From Octopus sinensis (Eukaryota): a DNA stretch of 64,000 bases. The notes beneath the pieces are model-generated. The model made no database searches and was not told the origin of the DNA. It worked only from the letters and a program-made list of their open reading frames with translations. Below are positions 41,036 to 53,914 of this stretch, piece by piece. The translations under genes and the position numbers were made by a program. Position 1 is the stretch's first letter. The number at the start of each line of letters is the position of its first letter. Where the stretch lies: positions 28,284,464-28,348,463 of the forward strand of contig NC_043011.1 of assembly GCF_006345805.1 (NCBI RefSeq). Reading direction: 5' to 3'.

Positions 41036-41170
41036 TATATATATATATAATAGAAATATTAAAATAACTAAGTCTCTTTATTTTTATAAGAATGCCATAT
41101 TAGTATGGCGATAACTATTATTTTATATATATATATATATATACATACACACACACACATAATATAATTA

Positions 41171-41391
41171 TATATAATTATATCAAGGGAGATAGGACTT
41201 ATATTTTGTTGACGAAGATATCGGAGCCAATTTACAATTAACGTGAGATCTTTTTAATTTTCAATCACTAGACCGCTTTCAGCCATGTGTATATCTACCT
41301 GGAGGTTTTGGTAACTTTTTGAAGGTATCGGCGCTTCAATCATGCTGGAGACAGGTCGTTTTCATCCTATCTCCCTTGATATAATTATATA
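41171..41391. mobile_element. 221-bp element with 27-bp perfect terminal inverted repeats
   Basis: TATATAATTATATCAAGGGAGATAGGA / TCCTATCTCCCTTGATATAATTATATA. Confidence 0.7.
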
Positions 41392-41538
41392 CATATCTAC
41401 ATTATTATTAATTTGATGTATTAATTGTCTATAAATGTTTATAGCTTGTTGACTACTTGATAAAAATCATTAAGATAATTTTTTTCCTTATATTCGTTTA
41501 TGAATTAATAAATAATGTATATATATATATACATACAT

Positions 41539-41639
<101 letters not shown>

Positions 41640-42420
41640 GTATATATGCATACATACATAGACACACACTATGCATACATACAATACACATATATAATAG
41701 ACACAAAGCATTGAAAAAATTAAACATAAGGCATCACTGAACAGTTTTTTCACTGAATGTACTTTGATAAATTTCACAGCACCAGAAACTTTCAAAAGTT
41801 CATATGCCTTTGACTTATATTTTATTATCAAAATATTGAATGCGACCGTCACAAATTTCGGAAGCATTGATTTGTATCATATTTATCATTAGAAAAAAGA
41901 AAAGATGTCTAGGAATACTTTTGTTTAAAACAGATTAATATTTGTCTTAGCTGTAAGTATTCTTGTTCTGAGAATTCATGTGATCTTTTTTGATGGTCGA
42001 AATTTCAGCGACACCAACATCAAACCCGCTTGTCAAGTGTCTTCTAAATTGTCGCTCGATCTGAGAGAGATAGGTTTCAAGTCTTCTTGAAATTATGGCT
42101 CACTTCCTTTAAAGGAAAATTTATGACATTGGATGATGCCGTTTTTATCCTTTGGAATACACGAAGGGTTGGGCATGACTGGGATGCCTTTAATTTTAGA
42201 TGTGCTCGATCATTATGACCCAAAGAATCAAAAATTCGATGAACAGAGGAGGGGACCTTTTTCTAGGCGTTCAGCTTCCTAGAAATAACAGCTAAATTTC
42301 TACAGACAAATCCCAACTACTTAACATTGAAATGATTTGATTGGAACAGCTGGATGATTGAGCTACTAGATCGGTGTAGAACTGTGACTAATCAACAGTA
42401 AAAATGCTTTGTGGAACTAT

Positions 42421-42631
42421 ATAAGAAATGGCGCTGAAAAGTTCCTGGCTGTGGGTGAAAGAAAATACATGAGGATCAGTTTATTATGACATCGTTCAAC
42501 CCATCCGTCTCAGATTTACACGCTGGTCCTTCAGGTTTTCTAAGTCTCATGAAAGAACTCGGAAGGTTGGGCCCATAACCAGGTCTTTCACGAGATCCTT
42601 AAAGTCAGGAACTTTTCATTATCCCCTTGTA
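42421..42631 (+). mobile_element. Tc1/mariner-type MITE (family of 4790)
   Basis: GCTGAAAAGTTCCTGGCT...GTCAGGAACTTTTCA inverted ends; internal homology to 4790-4977. Confidence 0.7.
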
Positions 42632-42964
42632 TTTTAATATACTTATTTAATTGGTCCATTTAAGCTACATAAATGTCTTCACGTTAACTTGTACGTAAAT
42701 CATACAGGCCAAAGAATATGCGTTGACTATGTATTAAAGGCTGCTATTCTCTTCTGTAACATTATAGTTTAAAGTGAAGCTGTTTTATACAACAAATGGG
42801 AGCCGATGAAGCATTCTAAAAATTGTAAACATTTAGCGTTTTTCAATGTGACTGTGGATAGAAACAATAATCCCATTAATTTGTTTTGCACCTGATATCA
42901 TTCTCATCTGAGACAGAATATTATTTGACATGTCATCAGACAGAAATATAATTAATAGCTATAG

Positions 42965-43035
42965 GAAGCCACTAAATACAGAGTGTTTGCTCATAGTACT
43001 TCATTAACGATTTATTCAGATTTGAATCCTGTCAG
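42965..43035 (+). CDS. Candidate internal exon (unconfirmed)
   Basis: tatag|...cag|gtacgt; open frame EATKYRVFAHSTSLTIYSDLNPV; weak acceptor. Confidence 0.15.
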
Positions 43036-43235
43036 GTACGTTCATTTTTTCCCGTCAACGCTGAGAGAAAATGATGCCTCAATTTGCAATTATCCCAAAA
43101 CAACGACATCATTTGAGTTTGGGCTGCAATATCGACAGACGTATATGTTTATCAGGGGCTGTTTTCATTAGTTACCATTGGAGCGCCAAGTGTAGAATTT
43201 GAAATTCGTTTGTGTCTGAGTGCCCTAAACATGTA

Positions 43236-43282
<47 letters not shown>

Positions 43283-43289
43283 ATATATA

Positions 43290-43338
<49 letters not shown>

Positions 43339-43351
43339 ATATATATTATAT

Positions 43352-43382
<31 letters not shown>

Positions 43383-43429
43383 TCTCTAGTTTCAGCTCAG
43401 AGATGCGGCCATGCTGCTGCACCGCCGTT

Positions 43430-43465
<36 letters not shown>

Positions 43466-43739
43466 CATTGCATGCATGCTTGTATGTATATAGGTATGCA
43501 TGTATGTACATATGTATGTATACATATACATATATATATATATATGTATACATATATATATATATATATATATATTAGAAAGTTTGGAGATGTACAGGTA
43601 TTTTATATTAGAAGAAATGAGGTACTCAGAAATTCGGATGGTTTTATATTTACAGATATTTATTTGTATATTACATGTTTTTATACACCATATAACTTAT
43701 ATCTTATATCATATATTAGCGTTTTCGTCCATTCTGGTG

Positions 43740-43770
<31 letters not shown>

Positions 43771-44076
43771 CTACAACTAATATAGGATGAAGTTTTTTTG
43801 GCAGAAAAAAATTCCATCAAAAAATGTGGCAGCATATTAAAATACCTTTACGGTTAAAATTATAAACAACTTATAAATGAGGGCTAAACACAATTACTTC
43901 AATGCCAATATACTGATAACAGACTTTTAAATCGTCAATTTCCACATATTATTTACTCGCTACAGAAATCATCAGTACATATAAGTACCCATATATATAT
44001 ATATATATATATATAAATATCCATCTCCCTCTCTCCATATATAGATATATATACATATATATGTGTGTGTGTGTGT

Positions 44077-44156
<80 letters not shown>

Positions 44157-44316
44157 CTGTGTGCGTGCGTGTGTGTGCGTTTACCAAAAAAAGAGAGACT
44201 AAAAATGACTCGATTATGAGTCCAGAGGTGTCTGATCAACTGAATTCGCAGCCCATTGATTTAGTCCATTAATGACACGCCGAGACACGTGAATCTTTGA
44301 CGTAATTTTCAAACAG

Positions 44317-44455
44317 AATCTTCATCATATATGGTGGAGCAATGCTGGTCAGTTTAGCGAACGGTACCCTCCGTCGAACCGGTTTACATGCTCACAAACC
44401 TTAGTTCGACACAATTCTATGGTTAAAGATACTCGAACATTATACCAGAAAATAG
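44317..44455 (+). CDS. Candidate internal exon (unconfirmed)
   Basis: ttttcaaacag|139 bp|gtgagg; one open frame NLHHIWWSNAGQFSERYPPSNRFTCSQTLVRHNSMVKDTRTLYQKI. Confidence 0.22.
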
Positions 44456-44722
44456 GTGAGGTCTCCGGAAATTGGTCGTCAAGCGAAACTCCGAACCATA
44501 CATATAAGCCAATCACGTACAGAGACACGCATACGTAGAAGCATACATACATACAAACATGCAGTCGCACATATTCGTATATCTTTGTATAATCTATCTA
44601 TAATTCTCATGCACACACCGCCATACAGATAATACACTGTTTTAAATTAGAGTCTCTACTGGTGTTTGCAGTTAATTCGCTAGAATGCTTGCAGCATTTG
44701 ATTTAAATATTTTGACAATCTA

Positions 44723-44758
<36 letters not shown>

Positions 44759-45333
44759 CATATAATTACATACATACATGCATGCATACATACATACGAT
44801 ATTTGCTTGTTTTCCATGCCTAACATATCTGTATTTTCCCTCGCTGCATGAGTTATGTTGCTGCTTTATGTTTGTTACGCTTTTCATTTATTCCACGAGC
44901 AAATTATTTTCTTTAAATATTTAATATAGCTTTAAAATTGTGCTTTCAGGATATATATTACAGCTAATTGTCAAAGTTCCGTTCATTCAATTTGGTCTTT
45001 CCTCCAAATTGTTTCATCAATTGATCTACGGCCATACCTTCAACTCACACCCGTGTAATTCGACCGATCCCTATACTTCATATAGTATAGGGGTCAGTAC
45101 TTTATTCAGAGAACATGATCCATATTTTGATTAGAAGATATAAATGTTGTTATGCGTGTTTATAGTTCATATAAATGAGTTTAGTCTATTTCTAATACAC
45201 AATTTCTAATATCCGCGACAGAGGTAAAAGTAAAGCCAACTCTATCGAGATTTGAATAGTGTATATAAACTGACTCTGCTCAACCCCTTCCAACAAATGT
45301 CACTGAGAATGAGGTTTTATATTTTGTTGTATT

Positions 45334-45472
45334 CTTGCTTACGAACCACATGGTTCCGGGTTCAGTCTCACTGCATGGCACCTTGGGCAGGTGTCTTCAA
45401 CTATAACCTTGGGCCGACCAAAGCCTTGTGAGTGGATTTGGTAGACGTAAACTGAAAGAAGCCCGTCGTATT

Positions 45473-45560
<88 letters not shown>

Positions 45561-45805
45561 TGTGTGTATGAATGAGTGTGTATATTTTTATGTGTCTGTG
45601 TTTGTCCCCCCAACATCGCTTGACAACCGATGCTGGTGTGTTTACGTCCCCGTAACTTAGTGGTTAGGCAAAAGAGAACCGATAGAATAAGTACTAGGCT
45701 TACAAAGAATAAGTTTTGGGGTCGATTCGCTCGACTAAAGGCGTTGCTACAGCATGACCACAGTCACATGACTGAAACAAGTAGTAGAGTAAAAGAGTAA
45801 AAGTA
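45334..45805 (+). mobile_element. SINE family A (A box lost)
   Basis: Starts at CTTGCTTACGAACCACATGG; expanded internal (TA)(TG). Confidence 0.88.
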
Positions 45806-47014
45806 AATCTAATTCAATTTTTGTAACAATTTAGTTTTTAGTGCAATTTTTATTAGAGTTCGCGCTGTTGACATGAAACTGCTGCTATTATTTTAGTCGA
45901 AAGGACGTCATCATTTTGCGCCTATGAGAAAAATCATTATTCAATAAAAAAATATATTCCTCCCAATGAGGTAACATTAACTTCATAAGAGTTGGGTGAA
46001 TGACCCCCGATACTATCGGAAGGAAACTTTTCCTCTTCAATGTTTGCCAATAGCAAATTATTGGCAAAATTACATTCATGTATATAGACAATAGAAGATT
46101 AATGACTTGTAGGGACGCCGTATTTCGTTATGCAACCATAGTATACTACAAAGTATGCTAAACGCTTTATAAGTCAATATTTTGTTCTACTGTATTACTC
46201 ATTACTCATTTTTTAAATTTTCAATATCATTAGTCGAAATCGGATACGAAACGTCGTAACAAAATCAGTGCTGGCTATAATTTCTACAGGAAATCTCTAG
46301 AGATAGCCTTAACAAGACACTGGGAGATTTTTACTTTGATCCATTCAGACAAATGTGAATTTCATCGTTTTCTTTTCATCTGGGGTCATTGGTAGGATCT
46401 GTCGGAAGACACCATGTCAATGCTACTGCTACTCGTCCTAATTGAGATCTATTGTCCCACACATCTCTTCACAAAACCCAAGACACACAAAGCTCTCTCG
46501 GTGCAATCCATTGGAGATAATTCTCTGGTAATTCAAGTTTAATGCATGACTCTGTAGTTGGAGCAATACTAATTATTGAAAAATCTCGAAATGGATATAC
46601 ACATCACGCTTCGAGAAGAATTTGAAGAAACGTTCATGTTCATTGGGGTGTACGTTATGCTCTCTTCCTGTAAAACTCTTGAGCCCTCTGTTAGATCAAT
46701 TGCGGTTTCATTGCAGTTCTACAGCGGTTCCATTGCTTGTCGTTTCATATATATTAGAAACGAATGTGAGTGTACACCAATTATTGGCATAAAATCGAGG
46801 ATAACGCAGCATATCAGACAGTCTATAGATCTAATATCTTTGAGAATGTTTTCTTTAGTCTTTTAATAAGATGACAGGGAGGAAAGAAAGATTTGGATAG
46901 CAGGGAGGTGAAAGAAATGATGGTAGTATTAGAGAAGTGGAAACAGCGACAAAGAAAAGGCAAAGACGAAAATAATAGAGAAAGAAAGTATGGGACTAAG
47001 GACGAGTTACATAT

Positions 47015-47420
47015 ACTCTCTTACTCTCTTACTTGTTTCAGTCATTTCACTGCGGCCATGCTGGAGCACCGCCTTTAATCAAGCAACTCGACCCCGGGAC
47101 TTATTCTTTTGTAAGCCCAGTACTTATTCTATCGGTGTCGTTCGCCGAACCGCTAAGTAACGGGGACATAAACACACCAGCATCGGTTGTCAAGCAATGC
47201 TAGGGAGACAAACACAAACACACAAACACACACACGCATATATATATACATATATACGACGGGCTTCTTTCAGTTTCCGTCTACCAAATCCACTCACAAG
47301 GCTTTGGTCGGCCCGAGGCTATAGTAGAAGACACTTGCCCAAGGTGCCACGCAGTGGGACTGAACCCGGAACCATGTGGTCGGTAAACAAGCTACTTACC
47401 ACACAGCCACTCCTGCGCCT
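47015..47420 (-). mobile_element. SINE family A
   Basis: Full-length reverse copy. Confidence 0.9.
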
Positions 47421-47984
47421 AAGGGGAAATGTTACAGATTGAGAGCTGGAGCAGCGGGGAAGTAAACTGTTTTGATCATTCTAAATGGATGAGCGAGTGA
47501 TGATGAGAACAGAAAGACTAAACGTAGAATATACTTCAATGACAATCAGGAATTGATAGAAAGAAAAAAAACATACGGATTCAACACTGAAGTGACAGCA
47601 AGTATTAGACAATAGTTACATAAGAAAGAAATAAGCAGGAATTGGAAATGCATATACGCATTTTCTCACACATATAATAACCTATTCATCTTTTATTTAT
47701 GCATTGAGTCCTTTCAAGTGAAATCGCGTAAACGGAAACAGTATTATAGCCCGATGAATAGACTATACCTATAATTCACAGATCCATGATTTTCACCCTG
47801 CAATAGGCTTTTAATCCATGAAGATTGCGTTAAGAATGCCGGCGTTTGTAGAATACTCAGCCAAGTATACGGTAATAATAGCAAACAGGTATTTCACTTG
47901 AATGAATATCAGAAAACTCATCTTAGAAAGCGATGTGCTTGTATGTGCGTTTGTGTGTATGTATGTATGTATGTGTGTATGTGT

Positions 47985-47999
47985 GACAGACAGACAGAC

Positions 48000-48034
<35 letters not shown>

Positions 48035-48039
48035 TAGAC

Positions 48040-48090
<51 letters not shown>

Positions 48091-48093
48091 AAA

Positions 48094-48168
<75 letters not shown>
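47985..48168. repeat. (GACA)n/(GATA)n microsatellite
   Basis: Direct reading. Confidence 0.95.
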
Positions 48169-48719
48169 TTCAGGTGTCAAATAAATCTGTCAAATGAATC
48201 TGCAGAGTTTGAACAACCTGGGCTCTGAATCTCTAACTCCCTCACTTTATTTACGAAGCCCCCCCCCCTGCGGCCTGCTGTTCTCTTTCCAAGCGTTTCT
48301 ATAGCTTTCTGCAATTTTTCCGAAAACCTAAGATTAATCGTGTGATGTGAGGTGCTATGGGAGAATGATTTTTTGATGTAATTGCATTTCCTGTGAGAAA
48401 AATGTGGAGAGAGATGGACGATATGTCAGGTGCGATTGTAAGGTAAAAAGGAAGATGAACCTAGCATTTAAGATAAAATAGTAAAACATGGTGTAAATGA
48501 AATAGGAAAGTGATTATATCACACGTACACTGTCTGGAGACATTAACCAAGAAATGACGAAAGAAAATACAACGGATAAGAGAAGACAGTCGAAGTGGGA
48601 AGAAACAGATAAAAGTTGAAAACGTGAGAGGAAACAATTTTTGCGAAACATTGAAAAAAAAAACATTTTTTCTTTAAAAAGAATACTAACATTATAGTAA
48701 TAATCCTTGAAATCTGCGG

Positions 48720-48920
48720 TCCCAGTGCTCAACTGGTAATTAATTTATTGACCCCGAAAGATGATTGAGAAGGTCGGCCTCAGCAAGATTTTGAACTCAG
48801 ATTGCTTAGCGGCATTTTGTTCGTTTTCACGTTCTGTTTTCAAATTCCGCCGAATTGAACTTTTCTGGGGTCGATGAATTAAACTCATCCCCTCTTCAAA
48901 ATTGTTGGCCATGTACCGAG
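48720..48920. mobile_element. Two degenerate SINE B fragments in opposite orientations
   Basis: TTATTGACCCCGAAAGATG...TTTGAACTCAG, then TTCAAATTCCGCCG...GGGGTCGATGAATT. Confidence 0.55.
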
Positions 48921-49264
48921 TGTGGTAAAAGCTATCGATACTTTTAAGTTTTAGAAAATACGTGTGTCTTCTAAGCTGATTCTCATTATCACGCAAGGTA
49001 ATTGCAATCTTCTCCAACTCAGTTGACTCAGCTCAGCAATATTAGTAAAGTATACAAGGCAAAGTTAGATGTATGTTGTATTGCAAATTGGTGCATGGAA
49101 ATAATTTGTAAATTCATTGGTATAGCAGATCATGTATAATAGTACGTGCGATAGTTGGATGGTGTTAAGCAAAAACTGATAGAAAGATGAAAAGAAGGAG
49201 CAGATGATAAATCTCATCTTTGTACAGATCGAGATATACTCACGCAGGCTCACATCAACACGAA

Positions 49265-49323
<59 letters not shown>

Positions 49324-49608
49324 AATAATGAAGGGTGAAATTAATTAATTTGGAATAATTATCAATTACACCAAGTAGTCTTCGGCATGTAAAAGCCTCA
49401 TTCGAGGAAAATTTAAGTAATACTAAGCAATAAAGGGTTTAGCAACGAATTGCCTTACCACATACCGAATTTAGAAATAGCACTCAAAGAGTTATAGCTA
49501 TTTCTTCTACTAAAAAGGGAGATCTCAGTAAAAACAGCAATTGGAAGGCAGACACAAACAGGTAAGAGAGAATGAATTGACGGCAATCTATCATACAATT
49601 TTAAGTTA

Positions 49609-49708
49609 TCTACGGACGTACGTTTCGAAATCAAGTTTTTAGGAAAGCATAAGAATTAAATATTAAATAATTCTACCTTCCCAAAACTTCTTTTCTCTTC
49701 AGCGTAGA
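49609..49708 (-). ncRNA. Type I hammerhead ribozyme, array copy F1
   Basis: Minus: TCTACG-CTGAAGA-[~69-nt hairpin]-GAA-ACGTACGT-C-CGTAGA; intact core. Confidence 0.88.
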
Positions 49709-50200
49709 ATACTATAATCATAAATGATTATATATTGAATTTTGAGATACTAGAGGGCACCAACTCAACTCAGTATCAGAGCGAGCTAGAATCCGCAACT
49801 AGTATCACTAAATTCAAAGTGTGAATGAAAAGATTGTGTCACCAGCCCCTTCCCACCCGCGTGTAGCCAAAACAAGATGCTGTGGTCATCTACTGAGATA
49901 AAATATGGTTATCCGTAATAATGAAGGGTGAAATTAATTAATTTGGAATAATTATCAATTACACCAAGTAGTCTTCGGCATGTAAAAGCCTCATTCGAGG
50001 AAAATTTAAGTAATACTAAGCAATAAAGGGTTTAGCAACGAATTGCCTTACCACATACCGAATTTAGAAATAGCACTCAAAGAGTTATAGCTATTTCTTC
50101 TACTAAAAAGGGAGATCTCAGTAAAAACAGCAATTGGAAGGCAGACACAACAGGTAAGAGAGAATGAATTGACGGCAATCTATCATACAATTTTAAGTTA

Positions 50201-50299
50201 TCTACGGACGTACGTTTCGAAATCAAGTTTTTAGGAAAGCATAAGAATAAATATTAAATAATTCTACCTTACCAAAACTTCTTTTCTCTTCAGCGTAGA
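50201..50299 (-). ncRNA. Type I hammerhead ribozyme, array copy F2
   Basis: Same motif, intact core. Confidence 0.88.
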
Positions 50300-50791
50300 A
50301 TACTATAATCATAAATGATTATATATTGAATTTTGAGATACTAGAGGGCACCAACTCAACTCAGTATCAGAGCGAGCTAGAATCCGCAACTAGTATCACT
50401 AAATTCAAAGTGTGAATGAAAAGATTGTGTCACCAGCCCCTTCCCACCCGCGTGTAGCCAAAACAAGATGCTGTGGTCATCTACTGAGATAAAATATGGT
50501 TATCCGTAATAATGAAGGGTGAATTAATTAATTTGGAATAATTATCAATTACACCAAGTAGTCTTCGGCATGTAAAAGCCTCATTCGAGGAAAATTTAAG
50601 TAATACTAAGCAATAAAGGGTTTAGCAACGAATTGCCTTACCACATACCGAATTTAGAAATAGCACTCAAAGAGTTATAGCTATTTCTTCTACTAAAAAG
50701 GGAGATCTCAGTAAAAACAGCAATTGGAAGGCAGACACAAACAGGTAAGAGAGAATGAATTGACGGCAATCTATCATACAATTTTAAGTTA

Positions 50792-50891
50792 TCTACGGAC
50801 GTACGTTTCGAAATCAAGTTTTTAGGAAAGCATAAGAATTAAATATTAAATAATTCTACCTTACCAAAACTTCTTTTCTCTTCAGCGTAGA
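50792..50891 (-). ncRNA. Type I hammerhead ribozyme, array copy F3
   Basis: Same motif, intact core. Confidence 0.88.
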
Positions 50892-51381
50892 ATACTATAA
50901 TCATAAATGATTATATATTGAATTTTGAGATACTAGAGGGCACCAACTCAACTCAGTATCAGAGCGAGCTAGAATCCGCAACTAGTATCACTAAATTCAA
51001 AGTGTGAATGAAAAGATTGTGTCACCAGCCCCTTCCCACCCGCGTGTAGCCAAAACAAGATGCTGTGGTCATCTACTGAGATAAAATATGGTTATCCGTA
51101 ATAATGAAGGGTGAAATTAATTAATTTGGAATAATTATCAATTACACCAAGTAGTCTTCGGCATGTAAAAGCCTCATTCGAGGAAAATTTAAGTAATACT
51201 AAGAATAAAGGGTTTAGCAACGATTGCCTTACCACATACCGAATTTAGAAATAGCAGTCAAAGAGTTATAGCTATTTCTTCTACTAAGAAGGGAGATCTC
51301 AGTAAAAGCAGCAATTGGAAGGCAGACACAAACAGTAAGAGAGAATGAATTGACGGCAATCTATCATACAATTTTAAGTTA

Positions 51382-51482
51382 TCTACGGACGTACGTTTCG
51401 AAATCAAGTTTTTAGGAAAGCAATAAGAATTAAATATTAAATAATTCTACCTTACCAAAACTTCTTTTCTCTTCAGCGTAGA
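51382..51482 (-). ncRNA. Type I hammerhead ribozyme, array copy F4
   Basis: Same motif, intact core. Confidence 0.88.
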
Positions 51483-52041
51483 ATACTATAATCATAAATG
51501 ATTATATATTGAATTTTGAGATACTAGAGGGCACCAACTCAACTCAGTATCAGAGCGAGCTAGAATCCGCAACTAGTATCACTAAATTCAAGTGTGAATG
51601 AAAAGATTGTGTCACCAGCCCCTTCCCACCCGCGTGTAGCCAAAACAAGATGCTGTGGTCATCTACTGAGAAAAATATGGTTATCCGTAATAATGAAGGG
51701 TGAAATTAATTAATTTGGAATAATTATCAATTACCCAAGTAGTCTTCGGCATGTAAAAGCCTCATTCGAGGAAAATTTAAGTAATACTAAGCAATAAAGG
51801 GTTTAGCAACGAATTGCCTTACCACATACCGAATTTAAAATAGCACTCAAAGAGTTATAGCTATTTCTCTATAAAAAGGGAGATCTCAGTAAAAACAGCA
51901 ATTGGAAGGCAGACACAATCTTTTCATTCACACTTTGAATTAGTGATACTAGTTGCGGATTCTAGCTCGCTCTGATACTAGTTGAGTTGGTGCCCTCTAG
52001 TATCTCAAAATTCAATATATAATCATTTATGATTATAGTAT

Positions 52042-52137
52042 TCTACGCTGAAGAGAAAAGAAGTTTTGGTAAGGTAGAATTATAATATTTAATCTTATGC
52101 TTTCTAAAAACTTGATTTCGAAACGTACGTCCGTAGA
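52042..52137 (+). ncRNA. Type I hammerhead ribozyme, array copy R1
   Basis: Intact core; small deletions in stem II. Confidence 0.85.
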
Positions 52138-52631
52138 TAACTTAAAATTGTATGATAGATTGCCGTCAATTCATTCTCTCTTACCTGTTTGTGTCTGCCT
52201 TCCAATTGCTGTTTTTACTGAGATCTCCCTTTTTAGTAGAAGAAGAAATAGCTATAACTCTTTGAGTGCTATTTCTAAATTCGGTATGTGGTAAGGCAAT
52301 TCGTTGCTAAACCCTTTATTGCTTAGTATTAATAAATTTTCCTCGAATGAGGCTTTTACATGCCGAAGACTACTTGGTGTAATTGATAATTATTCCAAAT
52401 TAATTAATTTCACCCTTCATTATTACGGATAACCATATTTTATCTCAGTAGATGACCACAGCATCTTGTTTTGGCTACACGCGGGTGGGAAGGGGCTGGG
52501 ACACAATCTTTTCATTCACACTTTGAATTTAGTGATACTAGTTGCGGATTCTAGCTCGCTCTGATACTGAGTTGAGTTGGTGCCCTCTAGTATCTCAAAA
52601 TTCAATATATAATCATTTATGATTATAGTAT

Positions 52632-52730
52632 TCTACGCTGAAGAGAAAAGAAGTTTTGGTAAGGTAGAATTATTTAATATTTAATTCTTATGCTTTCCTA
52701 AAAACTTGATTTCGAACGTACGTCCGTAGA
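52632..52730 (+). ncRNA. Hammerhead array copy R2 (GAAA reads GAA)
   Basis: One A missing from the core, either a mutation or a sequencing error. Confidence 0.7.
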
Positions 52731-53221
52731 TAACTTAAAATTGTATGATAGATTGCCGTCAATTCATTCTCTCTACCTGTTTGTGTCTGCCTTCCAATTG
52801 CTGTTTTTACTGAGATCTCCCTTTTTAGTAGAAGAAATAGCTATAACTCTTTGAGTGCTATTTCTAAATTCGGTATGTGGTAAGGCAATTCGTTGCTAAA
52901 CCCTTTATTGCTTAGTATTACTTAAATTTTCCTCGAATGAGGCTTTTACATGCCGAAGACTACTTGGTGTAATTGATAATTATTCCAAATTAATTAATTC
53001 ACCCTTCATTATTACGGATAACCATATTTCATCTCAGTAGATGACCACAGCATCTTGTTTTGGCTACACGCGGGTGGGAAGGGGCTGGTGACACAATCTT
53101 TTCATTCACACTTTGAATTTAGTGATACTAGTTGCGGATTCTAGCTCGCTCTGATACTGAGTTGAGTTGGTGCCCTCTAGTATCTCAAAATTCAATATAT
53201 AATCATTTATGATTATAGTAT

Positions 53222-53321
53222 TCTACGCTGAAGAGAAAAGAAGTTTTGGTAAGGTAGAATTATTTAATATTTAATTCTTATGCTTTCCTAAAAACTTGAT
53301 TTCGAAACGTACGCCCGTAGA
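53222..53321 (+). ncRNA. Hammerhead array copy R3 (GUC reads GCC)
   Basis: U16.1 replaced by C; predicted inactive if real. Confidence 0.7.
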
Positions 53322-53814
53322 TAACTTAAAATTGTATGATAGATTGCCGTCAATTCATTCTCTCTTACCTGTTTGTGTCTGCCTTCCAATTGCTGTTTTT
53401 ACTGAGATCTCCCTTTTTAGTAGAAGAAATAGCTATAACTCTTTGACTGCTATTTCTAAATTCGGTATGTGGTAAGGCAATTCGTTGCTAAACACTTTAT
53501 TGCTTAGTATTACTTAAATTTTCCTCGAATGAGGCTTTTACATGCCGAAGACTACTTGGTGTAATTGATAATTATACCAAATTAATTAATTTCACCCTTC
53601 ATTATTACGGATAACCATATTTTATCTCAGTAGATGACCACAGCATCTTGTTTTGGCTACACGCGGGTGGGAAGGGGCTGGTGACACAATCTTTTCATTC
53701 ACACTTTGAATTTAGTGATACTAGTTGCGGATTCTAGCTCGCTCTGATACTGAGTTGAGTTGGTGCCCTCTAGTATCTCAAAATTCAATATATAATCATT
53801 TATGATTATAGTAT

Positions 53815-53914
53815 TCTACGCTGAAGAGAAAAGAAGTTTTGGTAAGGTAGAATTATTTAATATTTAATTCTTATGCTTTCCTAAAAACTTGATTTCGAAA
53901 CGTACGTCCGTAGA
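53815..53914 (+). ncRNA. Type I hammerhead ribozyme, array copy R4
   Basis: Stem I 53815-20/53909-14, CTGAAGA 53821-27, stem II 53828-96, GAAA 53897-900, predicted cleavage after C53908. Confidence 0.9.

Noticed and set aside
41700-42270. Short open frames on both strands (e.g. MLPKFVTVAF..., IERQFRRHLTSG...)
   Set aside because: No consistent splice signals or recognisable homology
52097-52294. 65-aa ORF inside the array
   Set aside because: Depends on indels specific to copy R1; not conserved in other units
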